DNA of 64,000 nucleotides from a virus (Duplodnaviria; Heunggongvirae; Uroviricota; Caudoviricetes): IMG/VR virus record IMGVR_UViG_3300027304_000003; one strand, 5' to 3'. Shown piece by piece: positions 1 to 13,400 of this stretch (position 1 is its first letter; each line of letters starts with the position of its first letter). The notes under the pieces were generated by a model. It saw only the letters and a program-made list of their open reading frames with translations, ran no database searches and was not told where the DNA came from. The position numbers and the translations under genes were made by a program.

Positions 1-3000
1 TAGTCAGCCTTTTTCTTTTCAAAAAGCTTTCTCATAAAGTCTACACCTTTCTCATTACCTTGTAGTGTGTTGTATAGATTTGATAATGAACCTCTTATAT
101 CTTCAGACATAATTCTAAATACATTTCTCATTCTTCCCCACTCATAGGCATCAGATCCAGCGTTGAATTTTAAGTTACCATATCTTACATCTACAAGTCT
201 AGGAATCCAGTTCTTAAATAACATGAAAGACTTACCATATATATTTAGGTTAATCTTTCTAATATCATCTTCAGATAAGTTACCTAATGCAGCTTTACTT
301 AAAGACTGCACTTTTCTTCTTAATTCTAATACGCTATCAGAAGATCTTTCTACACCAGGGATTTCTAATTTACCATCTTTAATAGTAGCAACCTTCATGA
401 TTCCTTTATCTTCAATTAGCTTTTTAACATCATCTTCAAACTTCTGTTTGAAAGCTTTTTGTTCTTCAGCTGTTCCTTGATATTTCTTTTGATAGTCTGG
501 TTGCTTTCTTAAATACTCTCTAGCATTTACCACCTCACCATCTACTATAATAGTATTACTTAAGAAGCTAAAGAAGTTAGCTGACTGTACATACAAGTCT
601 GACTTTCTCATCAAGATCATTAAAAACTCTTGGATGTTCTCCTGACTTAACTTACTAATAGATAATGTCTTAGCAATTTCTTTATTATAATTATCTGTTA
701 AAGGAAGGAAGTATTCTAATGCTGCAATTCTTTTATCCTTATCATTACCAGTCATCTTACCTAACATCATCCAATACTCAGTGGCTGCAAACTCTTCATG
801 TGTAAAGTATGTACCAGCGTTGATAATAGACTGAGCTGTACCACCAAACAAGTTAGAAAGAGCTGATAGAACGTTGAATCCTAATGCATTGATTTGATAT
901 GTATTATTAATTTGATTAAGTACCTTGTTTACGCTAAACTGTCTACTAGCTATGTTCTCTGGAAATATTCTACTATTAACACCTAACTTGGCAAGACCAT
1001 TATTAAGTGATTCACCAAAGTTACCCATCTTACCTAATAACTGATCAAAGGTTTCGCTTTCTATATACTTCTGTCCATACACAATACCCTTCACCATATC
1101 TTCTAATAGCTGAGTGTTCTCAGTGTTATCTGGTGTATATTCTAACTCACCTTTTTCATTTGTTATAGTCTTGCCATATCTAGATGTAGCAATAGCTTTC
1201 TTGTTTCTTTCTACACTAATAAGTAATCTAGCTTGTGCTTCTATATCAGACATTTGTTTAAACTTAATAGCCATCTCATTATAAAGAGCCATGTTTCTAA
1301 ACAAGTCTGTACTATAATCTGTTTCTAGTTCTCTAGTTAAATAGATTGGAACTCTGTTCACTGGTCTACCTGTTAGAGGATCAGTCTCACCATATCCTAA
1401 ATCACCTTCATCTACAGATATGTTTCTTAAGAACTGTTCACCTATAGCTATCTTACCACCAAAGATTAACTTCTCCATCATTCCTTTTCTAACCCAAGGA
1501 AGGAATACCCTTGCTTCTTTTGCATGGATATATCCTATAGATTGGTAGTAGTTATTTCTTTCTATAATGTAATCATAGAAATCTTTAGCTGGTTTAACGT
1601 TCTTAAGTTCTTTCCATTCAGCAGATTCCCATTTCTCTTTAGGAAACTTCTTAATAAGATCATATTGTAACCACCCAAGACCTTCAGTTGTAGAAGTGTC
1701 ATACATTCTTTCAGCTTTAGCAATCTCTTGCTGAATAGCTTTTTCTCTTTCCTCTCCTTCTTCTACTCTAGCCTTTTCATTAATGTATTCAGTTTCTTTC
1801 TCAAGTCTTTCTTTTAAGAACTTATTATATTCAGAAATATCAATATTGTCTTTAATCCAATCAAAGTTTTTCTCACCTACATTTTTAGTAAGTTCTTTAT
1901 AAAACTGAGGATCATATTGATCAATTAATTTATTCTCTCCTTTCTTCATCAAGATATCAAAGTAGTTCTTAGGAATAAGTCCTTTAGACTTAGCCCACTC
2001 TTCATATGCAGTTTGAAGAGTTTGTAATTTTTTAGTTTCATCAAGTGTTTGCTGAGCACCTATACCAAATGCTTTGTTTGCCATTCTATATAAAACCTGT
2101 ATAGCCTTAACCTGTGTTATTGATGTAGAAGAAAACCACTTGGCAAACCCTCTAACAATCTTCTCAGGTTTAAGTATATCAGATATACCTTGTCTATTAG
2201 CAACAATTTTATCAGCAAACTCATCCATTACTTCTAATAGTTCTGTATTTAGATCCCTAGCATTATCAGCAGCATCTCTTAAGTCTTCTCTTAATTTCTT
2301 ATCTTCTTCAGATAACTCTCCTTGGAATAAGAATTTAAGATCTGTATCTAATGTAGCATAAGTTTGAATAGCTTCTTGTGCTCCTATAATTGAATCAGTG
2401 AATTCATCTATTTCTTCCATAGAGAAAGACTTAGGATCTGTACCTTTCCATTTATTATTATATGTATCAATATTAGTTTGAATCTGTTTGTTCAATACCT
2501 TAGCTTGATATATCAATGGCACAATGTTCTGCTTCATCTGCAATTGCCTAATAGCAGAGAACAATGCGTTTAACTGTTCAGCTTTAGATAGTTTCTGAGA
2601 AGGAAGAGCTTTGATATTAGATATCTGTTTGTATACAGCGTTAAGCTTTTCTAATAACTTGTCAATCTTTTTATTACCTGTTTCTTCTTTTTCAAGACCT
2701 ACAGGAATTAAATAGTTTTCTTGTATATTCTGTATATTAACATCTCCAATCTCCACTGAAGTTAATATAGGAAGTACATTCTCTTTAGCACTACCTCCTT
2801 CATATACTGCTCTGATAGGAATCATTCTTGTTTGTTTAAAGTCTTTATCCTTTAAACTGAACATTGTTTTAATAATAGATTTGTATTGGTCCATTTGTAG
2901 GTTCCAAGAATTAACCTTGTACCAAGGAATATCTCCTTTAGATTTTTCAAGATTAATATCCATAAACTTCCAATCTAAGATGTTTACCTTACCTGATTCT

Positions 3001-4457
3001 TCAATAGCTAAGAAATCCACTGTGCCTGCAATTCCTCTTTTCTCATCATATATTGTAACCTCAGCCATGAATCTTGTATTTGGAGGGAAAGAATTTAATC
3101 TTGCCTCCAAGTTATCTCTAAGGATTTCATAGTAGTCTCTGTTGTATGGATCAAGTTGAGACGTGTAATCAGAATCATCTAACATTTTAGGACGTAAGTA
3201 TCCATTCTCATCTACAAATCTGCTGAATGCATATTGAATATCAGAATGTCCTTTTGTACCTTTCTCCATTCTAAAATCATCTAATGACTTAGCATATTCA
3301 CTTTTAGTTAAATCATTAGCTTTAAATCTTCTAGTGTACCAATCTTGTACAAGATCACTTACCCTTCTAGGAACTTTCTTTCCATTAATATAATAGAAAG
3401 TTTTTATTGTTCCATCAGATTGTACTTCATCTTTAGTAGTAACTTGATTCTGTAAGTTTTTAATTCCTTGATATACAGCAGCTTGTGAATTACCAGGGGT
3501 CTGTAAAAAGAACTCTCCCTCTTCAGCTCTAATATCTTCAGCTGTACCAATACCTTCTCCTGTAAGAACCTTTATTGCAGCTGTATCAAATCCACTTTCT
3601 ACAAGTAAATTCTTAAAGAAGCTAATAATCTTTTGCCACCAAGTTTCTGCTTTAGCCATAAGCTCAGGCTTCTCAACAACACCTTCAGCTTTACCTATTA
3701 CTACCTCAGCTAATACTTTAGCAATAGCTTCTTTCTTTAACTTTCTGATGTTAGGTTTACCATCAGCAGTTTGATAATTTGGATCAGAGCTATATTGATC
3801 TATTACTTGTTGTAACATTCTATAGCTACCAATCTCTTTTAATAATTGATTAAACAATGCAGGATCTTTTTGTTCTAAGATCTCTACAGCAAAGTGCATA
3901 GCTTCCTCAGGAAGGGCAATGTCATCTTTACCTTCTACAACTTGTAATAGCTTTTGCATTATCAACGCAGCACCATTAGCATCTTGTCTCACACCATCTA
4001 CAACAATCTTATCTACAGTCTGCATGTCTACTCCTATTCTATTTAAGAAGTCTTTAATGACTACTAATGTTTTAGGAGAAGCTTTAGAGCTTTCTAATTG
4101 TCCTTTCTTAGAGAACAATACTTGCTGTGGGTTTAGTTTATTAAATTCTTTTTCAGCAATAGGGTGAACATCAATAGTTACCTTTGAATTCATTCCTGAT
4201 GATGTGGTCTTAAGCTTTACTATATTTCCACCATACTTCTTATTGATGCTATCAATAAGGTTTCTTTGCTTTTGATTTTGTGCTGTACCAGAAGAAGAGA
4301 ATAAATAGGTAGCGTCATCACCATCCCCATACTTTCTAAATAGCTTAGAGCTAGTGACTTCCTTCCAAGCATCGTTGTAGATGGTTGTAAGTCTATCAGC
4401 TAATGCAGGATAGTTCTTTCTGTATTGATTCTCTATGTATCTTACTTTACAAATCAT
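1..4457 (-). CDS. Giant virion protein, 5' part only; the gene runs off the window start. ATG at 4457-4455 on the minus strand, at least 1485 codons with no stop down to position 1.
   Basis: Hand translation of the reverse complement from 4457 gives MICKVRYIENQYRKNYPALADRL... with no stop through position 1. The ORF track omits it because no stop lies inside the window. It sits 3 nt downstream of the 4306-aa gene, in the same operon. Confidence 0.75.
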   Translation of the reverse strand, partial: MICKVRYIENQYRKNYPALADRLTTIYNDAWKEVTSSKLFRKYGDGDDATYLFSSSGTAQNQKQRNLIDSINKKYGGNIVKLKTTSSGMNSKVTIDVHPIAEKEFNKLNPQQVLFSKKGQLESSKASPKTLVVIKDFLNRIGVDMQTVDKIVVDGVRQDANGAALIMQKLLQVVEGKDDIALPEEAMHFAVEILEQKDPALFNQLLKEIGSYRMLQQVIDQYSSDPNYQTADGKPNIRKLKKEAIAKVLAEVVIGKAEGVVEKPELMAKAETWWQKIISFFKNLLVESGFDTAAIKVLTGEGIGTAEDIRAEEGEFFLQTPGNSQAAVYQGIKNLQNQVTTKDEVQSDGTIKTFYYINGKKVPRRVSDLVQDWYTRRFKANDLTKSEYAKSLDDFRMEKGTKGHSDIQYAFSRFVDENGYLRPKMLDDSDYTSQLDPYNRDYYEILRDNLEARLNSFPPNTRFMAEVTIYDEKRGIAGTVDFLAIEESGKVNILDWKFMDINLEKSKGDIPWYKVNSWNLQMDQYKSIIKTMFSLKDKDFKQTRMIPIRAVYEGGSAKENVLPILTSVEIGDVNIQNIQENYLIPVGLEKEETGNKKIDKLLEKLNAVYKQISNIKALPSQKLSKAEQLNALFSAIRQLQMKQNIVPLIYQAKVLNKQIQTNIDTYNNKWKGTDPKSFSMEEIDEFTDSIIGAQEAIQTYATLDTDLKFLFQGELSEEDKKLREDLRDAADNARDLNTELLEVMDEFADKIVANRQGISDILKPEKIVRGFAKWFSSTSITQVKAIQVLYRMANKAFGIGAQQTLDETKKLQTLQTAYEEWAKSKGLIPKNYFDILMKKGENKLIDQYDPQFYKELTKNVGEKNFDWIKDNIDISEYNKFLKERLEKETEYINEKARVEEGEEREKAIQQEIAKAERMYDTSTTEGLGWLQYDLIKKFPKEKWESAEWKELKNVKPAKDFYDYIIERNNYYQSIGYIHAKEARVFLPWVRKGMMEKLIFGGKIAIGEQFLRNISVDEGDLGYGETDPLTGRPVNRVPIYLTRELETDYSTDLFRNMALYNEMAIKFKQMSDIEAQARLLISVERNKKAIATSRYGKTITNEKGELEYTPDNTENTQLLEDMVKGIVYGQKYIESETFDQLLGKMGNFGESLNNGLAKLGVNSRIFPENIASRQFSVNKVLNQINNTYQINALGFNVLSALSNLFGGTAQSIINAGTYFTHEEFAATEYWMMLGKMTGNDKDKRIAALEYFLPLTDNYNKEIAKTLSISKLSQENIQEFLMILMRKSDLYVQSANFFSFLSNTIIVDGEVVNAREYLRKQPDYQKKYQGTAEEQKAFKQKFEDDVKKLIEDKGIMKVATIKDGKLEIPGVERSSDSVLELRRKVQSLSKAALGNLSEDDIRKINLNIYGKSFMLFKNWIPRLVDVRYGNLKFNAGSDAYEWGRMRNVFRIMSEDIRGSLSNLYNTLQGNEKGVDFMRKLFEKKKAD

Positions 4458-4460
4458 GCT

Positions 4461-7400
4461 TTATTGTTTTGTTCCACAAGGGGTAGGGTTATCAGATCCT
4501 TCTGTATCATCTGTATTAACATCTTCAAATTCTATATCTATTACACTAGGAATGCCACCTAATTTATCCAATGCTGCAATTGTAGCTCTTGTTTCAATAT
4601 CAACTTTATCATCTGTTAATAAGTCTTTACCATTCTTCCAATAGACATCTATGTCATTGTTCTCAACATGATTTTTTTCATGTAACACTAGAAAGTTAGT
4701 AATCTTATCAACACTGTTTAATATAGTCTTAAGAACATCAATTGTATATCCTTTATCAGCTAACTTATTTAAAACCTTAGCTTTTTGTTCAGATGTAGGT
4801 CCACCTTCTTTACCTTCAAAGTAGTTAAAGAATTCATCCACACTTTTAGGAGGATTAATTGTAATAGTACCAAGTTTACTTGCCTGTGCAAATCTCTTAG
4901 TGCCATCAGCATTCTTTAGTTTCTCATCTGTCACGTAGTCTGGAATTTGAATGTATGGTTCTGTTGATTGCGAAGATACAAAATTTTGTTCACCTAATTC
5001 ATTAAAATATATACGAATTTCATCGTCAGAAATCTCATTCTCAATCTTCTCTGTGCCATTATTTAATACAGACTTTCTGCTATCAGTATAGTATTCAGAT
5101 ACTAATCTACCATCTCCACGTAAGTTAATAAGTTTATAAACATGTTTATTAATTACCTCACCTTTGTAGGTTGTAGTTTGATATGTTACAGGAGTACCAT
5201 CATCATAGTATACCTTCTTATAACCATATACATTCTTTAATGACATATCTCCTTGGTTCTTTCTCTCTACATAGCTGTAGTTTGTAATAGATAATCCTGT
5301 CTTCATATCTACTCTTTCACCACCTTTTATTTGTACCACTCTAGGTACTAACAAGTAGTCATTGCTAAGATAGAAACTATCATACTCTTCACTTAACGCT
5401 AATATTCTTCTGTCTGTAGAAAGACCAAACTTATCAATGTTAGGGAAATAATCAGAGGATTGATATTGATAAATGTCACCAATAATATCACCAAAGTCAT
5501 TTACCTGTACATCTACTGGAGCTTCATCAGCTAACCAAAACTTAGGTTCAAACTTTTTAAATACCTTATTGTCTTTCCAGTTGTTTCTTTGGAAACCTCC
5601 ATCTGCAAAAGCATCTAATGATTCATCATACATCAAAGGTGCCATGATAGGAGCAACGTATTTACTAGAATCCTCAATAGGAATAATGCTAGCAATACTT
5701 ACACCATTCTCATATGTACCTTGTAAGAGAGCCATCTTAACTAAGTCTTTATATAAAGCATTAGTACTAGGAGTATCTCTTAATTGTCTCATATATCCTA
5801 TGTATAAGTTCTTATCATATGCACTTCCTTTAATATTCACAGTTAACTTAACACTCATTACACCATCTGGTCTTGGAGAACTAATCACCTTAAAATCATT
5901 CAAGATAGGATTAGAACTTATCTTCTTAGCTTCTTCTAATTGAGCAGATACAGAGGTCTTTGGATTTACAAATAATTTATTTATCTCTGAGTTAAATCCT
6001 GTCTTTGTTTGTATAATATAATCTAAGAAGCTGGCTTTCAACTTGTTAGCTATTCTTTCAAAGTCATCTGCACCAACATATTTATTTCTAGCATATGGTT
6101 TTAATAATGGGTCAATTACATTAATTCTAAATTGATCTTGCTCAAGCTTTAATATTACTCCCATTCCTTCCATAGATAAGTCAAGATAATGTCTTTGCTT
6201 AGCAATAAATATCTTAGGATTCTCAGGATCTAATAGTTCAGCAATGCCACTAAATGGACTTCTTGCTATGGTTATATCAGTTCTAACCTGCTTCTTAAAC
6301 AAGGTATCACCACTTCTATATCTAGTGGTATCATAGTTAATAGCCTGTGTAAGGTCAAAGTTATATTCAGCTAACTTAGCATATTTCAAGAACTCATTAA
6401 GAATTGCATGTTGTTCAGCATTTCTTTCAATGCCTAATTCGTTACCTGCATAGTAATCAGCAATGTTTGCCTCTAAGTTACTTATATCTATTCTTGCTGT
6501 CTCAATAGCCTTATTTGTTGTAACAAAGTTACTTTTAATACTATCAATATCAAATTTACTAAATAGACCCTTTTTATTTTGGCTATCAAGTTGTTTTAAG
6601 TATTCTCTAATAATAGGCTGGCTCATAAAAATACCAGTGTATTCACCTGCACCTATTCTCTCTAAGAACATAAAAGTACCTACAGATAAGTCACTAGTAA
6701 CAAGTTCAACAATATATGGTTTATTAGCTACGTCCACAAATGATGTACCATATCCAGATAGTCTAGATGATATGTATTGTTTTTTACCATCAGCTGTCTT
6801 AGTTCCTGATAATGAAGCATATTCTTTATCACCAATCTTCACTTTGTTATGAGGCAAGATAATACTACCATCTCCAATAAATTTTCTATCTTGCTGTGGT
6901 AACATGAAGAATCTTTCTGGGTTCAAATATATCTGACCCTTTTGGAATAGAGAGTGACTTGTAATATTTGTAGCAGCAATACCTATCCATCTTTTAGCTG
7001 TTACAAAGTAGTGTCTTAACTTAGTCATAAAGTTTCTGTTAAGAATCTTGTTCTTAACTTGATCACCTTTAGGATTAACTAGTTTGCCTATTCTAACAGA
7101 AAGCTTTTCTAATCCAGCATCATTTACAGGAGAAATAAGTCTTTCAAAGTTCTCAGGTAGAGTTAATAACTCTTCCATGCTATCATAGTACTCATTCTCA
7201 AGAGAACGCTTATACATATCTTTTACATAATCTTCTCTAAGAGAATTACTAAGTATATCCTTTGTCAGCTTTTCTTTATTAATAGATAAGTCTTCAATTT
7301 GCTTATTCATGTAATCTACAGCTGTAATATCTTTTTGTGCAGCTTGATCAGTGATTGCTTTGAATATAGATAAACGATCGTAGAAGAAGTCAAGCTCAGA

Positions 7401-10400
7401 AGGAGTAAGTGCACTCTCCAAAGATTCTGGACTGGCAGCACCTTCTATTCTTTCTAGCTTTGATAATACATCTACTAATTTACTTCTGAATTCTTCAAAC
7501 TCTTCAATTTTATCTATGTCTCTTTGGATGGTATCTTTATATACACCTCTGAAGAAGTCTTTTGTAGCTTCCTCAGAACCTAACCACTTTACTAAACGTA
7601 TGTTACCATTCACATCTATGTATATAGATTTCAAATATGTATTTAACTTATCTATATCAAAGTCAGATCCAGCAAGAGTAGTGATTTCAGAAGGTACAAC
7701 AACAGATTCTCCCATGAATTGAGGTAAGAACTTTTTCACTCTGAATGTTACCAGAGAGCTTAATTCTTGTGCAGGAACACGAAATCCTATACCTCTTAAG
7801 ATAGATTTACCTTCCTCTGTAATATTTAAGTAGTTAATGATTTCTTCATCAGTCGTATACTTAGTAGTCTTTCTAAGCGTATCACCAAACCAATGAGGTA
7901 ACATGATTTCCATGTATGGATCATCTTTGGTATAAAACTTAAGTGTATCATCTGTTAATACTACCTTCTTCTTCTCCTCATCAGATAGTTTGTCATAGTC
8001 TTCTCTAGATATTTCTTTATATCCATCCTCAGTTTTGATAGCTAATCTTCTTCCTTTCTCTAAGTTTTCCCATCCTGTAACACTCACCTGTACCTTAGGA
8101 CCACCATTCACTTTAGGAGAAACCATAGTCTTTTGTACAACAGAGTATAGGATATCTTTAATTTGCTTGTAAGAAGGAGACGCTTCAAAAGGAATAGGGA
8201 ACTCACCTTTACTATCTAATTGAACTGTATCCTTAGCATTCTCATCTAACTCTCTTCTAAGCATCTCATATACTAATGTATTAGATACAGCTTGTTTGTT
8301 TGCTAATATAAACTCAGTGCCTAAATCCTCAATACCTAATCTTTCTAACAAAACATTATATGCATTCTCATGCATTAAGTCCAATATATTATTGTTTCTA
8401 TCTGTTGCTTCTTTAGCTCTTTGACTAACAGGTACACCATTATCAAACAAGTCTACAGTAACTAACTTAGTAGGTTGACTACCACGTGTTTGTGCTTTGA
8501 CAACATCATAGTTAGTTTCTACTTGGATGCCATAAGCTTTCCAAGGAACTTGAACTAAGTTGTTAAATGGTTCTGGGTTTAACTTACCATCTTTGTATAA
8601 GTCAAATGCTTCTGTTGTACCCATCTTTCTACCACTCTCTAAAATAGCATAACCAATCTTCTCTTCCCACATCTTTATATAAAGTCCTTCTAATGTAGTT
8701 CCTTCAATAGCTTGATAATACAAAGGCAGTTGTGAGAACTTATCTAGTACTAATTCAAAGTATGTCTTACCTAACTTGTTACCAGTTACAATAGGCTTCA
8801 ATACTTCTACACCATATTTAGGTACAGGAGTTTCAATTAATGCTGCGTCTTGTTTTTTAAGTGTATCATTGGTATATGTATATTTACCTTTGGCAGCCAT
8901 TCTGTTTCTAGTGTAAGCCATTTGCCATTGGTGGAATATTTCTGCTTCATCTGTCCACTGAGCGTTCTTTAACTTCACCTCTCTGTTTGTAGTATCCATG
9001 ATCCAAGACTGAGCATCTGCTTCTTTTGTTCTGCCCATTAACCCACCTTCCACATATATCTCTTTGATAGTCACTGTGTTAGTATGAGATTTATGTTTAT
9101 GATAACCAAGATCATCAGGTGTTAATTCAATCTCACCAGCTTTATTGAATTCATTATTAAGAAACTCATTGTATTCTGGCATATCAAATGTTGTTCTTCT
9201 TGGAGATAAGAAAGACTTAATACGTTTAGTTTCTTCTGACTCACCTTCTTTTAAAGCAAACTGATATGGATCACCAAATAAGATCTTATGGAATTCAATG
9301 TTGCTTATGACATAGTTGATATTTACATACTCAATAAGGTTTCTTAACTTTTCGTCTGTAAGATTATATCTATTGATTCCAGATATCTTAGCAAATACAC
9401 TATTAAGCATTGGGTATGCTAAAGCTTTACCATTTGCACTAGGAACTACTTGTCCATATTCTTTAAGCGTAGCAATTGTATCGTTTATATATTCGTCAAA
9501 ATATGACTTTATAGAACCATTAATCTCCTCTTCATTCTCAGCTATAAAGGCAATCACTTCCTCATCAGAAGCAGACTTCATTACTAATTCAGTATTGATC
9601 TTAGCTAACATATCTTCAGATAGAATGTCTTTGAAGAAACGCAAGTCATAAGCTCTATTGCCTATATTCTTAAGTTTCTTTCTTACATCAGCATCTTTAG
9701 CTAAAGCAATATCATCTTTTAAGTATCCTTGGAATATCTTATATGTAGTATCCCATCCTATTTTAGTACCAAATTGTTTAAATGGAACATTTATACCAAG
9801 GTCCATTTGCCATTCTGTACTACTTTCAGCAGGAAGTAATATATAGAATCTACCATTAACATTTTCATTAATCTCTTGTGTATATCTATTACCAAGTGTT
9901 AGTTTACTTGTAGAAGTACCATCATCTGTATCAACATCTTTAGTACCTTGAATATATCCTACTTTAAGATCTCGTTTAATATTACCATCTTCATCAATAT
10001 ATAATCCATCTTTCTTTAAGATGAGACTGTTTGTAGAGAATGGATCATTTAATTCTGGTCTAGCTTGCTTAAGGTTTTCTAATGTACCAGCTTCTCTCCA
10101 TTCATTCTCAAATACAGAAGAATTATTATTTTCTGCATAGCCATTAGTTCTTTCTCCTTCCACATTAATATGCGTAGGATCAAAGTTAGGATTAGTAACT
10201 CTAACTAACATTTCACCCATAGCATTTAATGGTCCCTTGATATCTAATAACTTACTGGTAACACTACTTAGTATATCACTCTTACTACGAAGAGATGTTA
10301 AAAGACCTCCTATTGCTCTACCAAATACATTCTTTTCTCTAGTGGTAAGTTTATTGTATACATCAATTGGAAAGATTACACCTATCTTACTTAAGAAGTC

Positions 10401-13400
10401 TACCATTTGCTCAGGGTTCTTAATCTCTATATTAGATAGGTCACCCACCTTGTAAACCTTATTTGGTTTATCAAGAACAATAAGAGACTTACTATCTTTA
10501 GATAAAGCTTTGATACCTTCAATCCAACCCTCTACTACATCATCTATAGCATCAGATAATTCTGCAGATCCTGTATACACCTCATCATCAGAAACATATT
10601 GTATACGTGCATTAGGATGTTGCTTAGTAAATGTTTGGTAGAAGTTAATAAATAATCTCCAGTCATGAGCTTGGAACTTAGAATAGTCTATAGCTGTTTC
10701 CTTATTTTCAGAACCTAATTTATCTATAGTTCCACCAAGTTTAGACCATAATCTTACATAGTTACTATCTTGCTTAGCTAGAGTAAGTAGTTTATCTACC
10801 ACCTTACCTATAGAAGATGTATTAGAAATCTTATTCAATATAGTGGCAAACGCTCTACTAAAGTTCAATAACATGAAGCCTTTTGCACTACCTGAAATTA
10901 CTTCATCAGGCATTTGTAAACGTAATGCATTCTCTTGATTAGTAGGTACAGTTAAAACTAATGACCCTACAGTAATCTTGATTGGGAAACTAGATTGTTT
11001 CTTCCAGTCTACAGAGAATGGTTCTGGTGCATAGTCACGATTAGTATTATCATCATTATTAAAAACAATAACATTATTCTCATCAAATTGAATCTTGAAT
11101 GTGCGTAAGAACTCTCTTGATTTCTTAACCAGCTGACTCCAACCTTCTTCACCTAACACATCTAGCTTTCCTTCCTCAGCAAATTCTTCTTTGATTGTAT
11201 CAAATATCTCAGGAGAAGTTAATAACTTAGGATTATATAAGTCCATGTTTTTGCTAAACACTTCAAAGAAGAATCTAGCAGCCACGTCCTGAACTGACTC
11301 GTGTGTAGTGGGTTCATCAAGACCAGGGATAACGCTCCACTGTGTAAGTTGATTATATACAGCAGGATTTAACTTAGTATCTTTAAATCTACCAGCCTCA
11401 ATAGTTTTGAATAACTCATCTTTCTTAGATGGTTTATTTACAAACTCTCTAACAAATTGTATGATACTTCTGAAGAATTTTAATATTCTTTCACCAATAC
11501 TTTTAGCAGGTAACTTACCTAATCTAAAGTCAGCAAAGTCATCAGCTATTCTTTCCTCAGCTTGTTGATCTGTAGCTTCCTCATAATAGATCATACTACC
11601 TGTAGCTCTATCTTTGAACTTACCAGATTTAGATTTAAACTCATCAAAAATAAGTTGTCTTTCTTCTGCACTTAAGAAGCCACCAAAGATGCCATGGAAT
11701 ATCTCATGATACTCTGTACCTCTAGCTGCAGACTTATAAAACTTAGCTACACCATTCTCAAATGCTCCCCATGCTTGTCTACCATCATTAGTAGTCATCA
11801 CACGTTGTAACACTTCAAATGGAATACCAGCAGCGTTCTTAGCATGCCACTCTTTAAATAACTGAAGCTCAGCGTCAGTCATTCTAGGAACATCTAATCC
11901 TGCAATCTCTCTATAACGTTTCTTTGGTGCTTTTGTTTTCCCAAGAGCATTAACCTTCTCAGCTATTTGTTTATTGATTTCATCCTCAAGAGCTTTCTCT
12001 TCAGCATCATCAACAGTATCTTCTAATTGTTCTAACTTCTCAACGTTCTCTTGAACAGTTGGAGCAGGAGCTATATCATCTACTAAGCCAACTATTGTTG
12101 TTCTAGATGTAGCACCTGTATGATATATAGTAAATTTAGCACCTATCTCTTGTAAGTAATCTATAAACTGAATATCTACTCCTGGCATATCTCCTACAAC
12201 AAATTCTGCACCATTATTTTTAGCTTTTAATATTGCATCCTTTGTAGATTTTTGTAAACCTTTTCCACTAAACTTTGAATTTCTAGCTAACATAATTATA
12301 CCATCATCATTTCCTGATTGAAGAGAAGGATTATTATCTAATCCTTCATAATTAGTACCAGTTTTATCAGCTATTTCTTTATAACTTGTATCTGTTGAAG
12401 ATAAAGGTTTTAAGTTTTCTATTCTTTGAGTAGAAGTTACAAATGATTTATTATTAGTTGATACAGATTCTCCAATAAATCCATCAGCAACTTTCCTCAT
12501 TGCCTTATCTTTACCATCACCTTGAACAGTACCTTTACCTGTATTTTCAAAACCTCCTTTATATCCTTGGAAACCTTTCTCATTAGAAACTACAGGAGCT
12601 GGTTGAGCTGCAGGAGCTGTCTCAGCATTCTTCATCTTATTCAATTGATTAGCAATTGCTATAGATGCAAAATCATACATTAGCTCTTGCTCACTTCTTG
12701 TAGCATCAAATAAAGATTTACCACTAGCATCCTTATTGTTTTTTAAGAAGTCAAAATAAGGAGCTGTCTTAGCTGGGTCTGCTACAATAGATTCTAAGTT
12801 TTCTATTGTATCAACTGTAACTGCTGGAACACCATTAGAGTTTAATCTAGCTGTGAACGTTACATTACCAAGAGCTTTAAGTTCTCTTGTATGTGTTGTT
12901 GTACCATCCATCTTATATCCACCAATCTCTGTGGCACCACCTTTAGCTACAGGAGCTACAGGTTTAGTAATCTTCTGTACAGCAAGTTCTAATCCACCTA
13001 ACGTTACATACTTCTGTCTGTAGTTATATGGAACTCGATCAGATGGTTTTGTTACAGATGTAGATAGTGGTGTATCTTTAATTGATCTTCCTTTACCATT
13101 AGGAAGTTTACTAGATAACAAATAGCTTTGATAATTAGGCCATTGTCTATCTTTTAAATATTTATCCTCAAAGTAAAGTTCTGTAAATTCTTCATCATTC
13201 TTTTTAACAGAGTCATTGTTAACTGTGTTAAATGTATTCTGAAGCTGACTAACTATTTCTTTCTCAGAGATAGCTAAGTTAGCAAAGTTATATTTCTTAC
13301 CACCAAGATATAGATCCATTGTTCTATCATCTATATACATTTGGTTGTTCTTAGTATCAGCCCCCTTCTTCCAGAACAATACATTCTGTAAGAAGTTAGC

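Noticed and set aside
163-4644. Plus-strand ORFs of 60-160 aa (163-480, 2074-2361, 2881-3132, 3919-4167, 4435-4644) in the first 4.6 kb.
   Set aside because: They lie antisense to a continuous open minus-strand frame (the truncated giant gene at 1-4457) and have low-complexity composition (Leu/Ser/Phe-rich). They are shadow ORFs.
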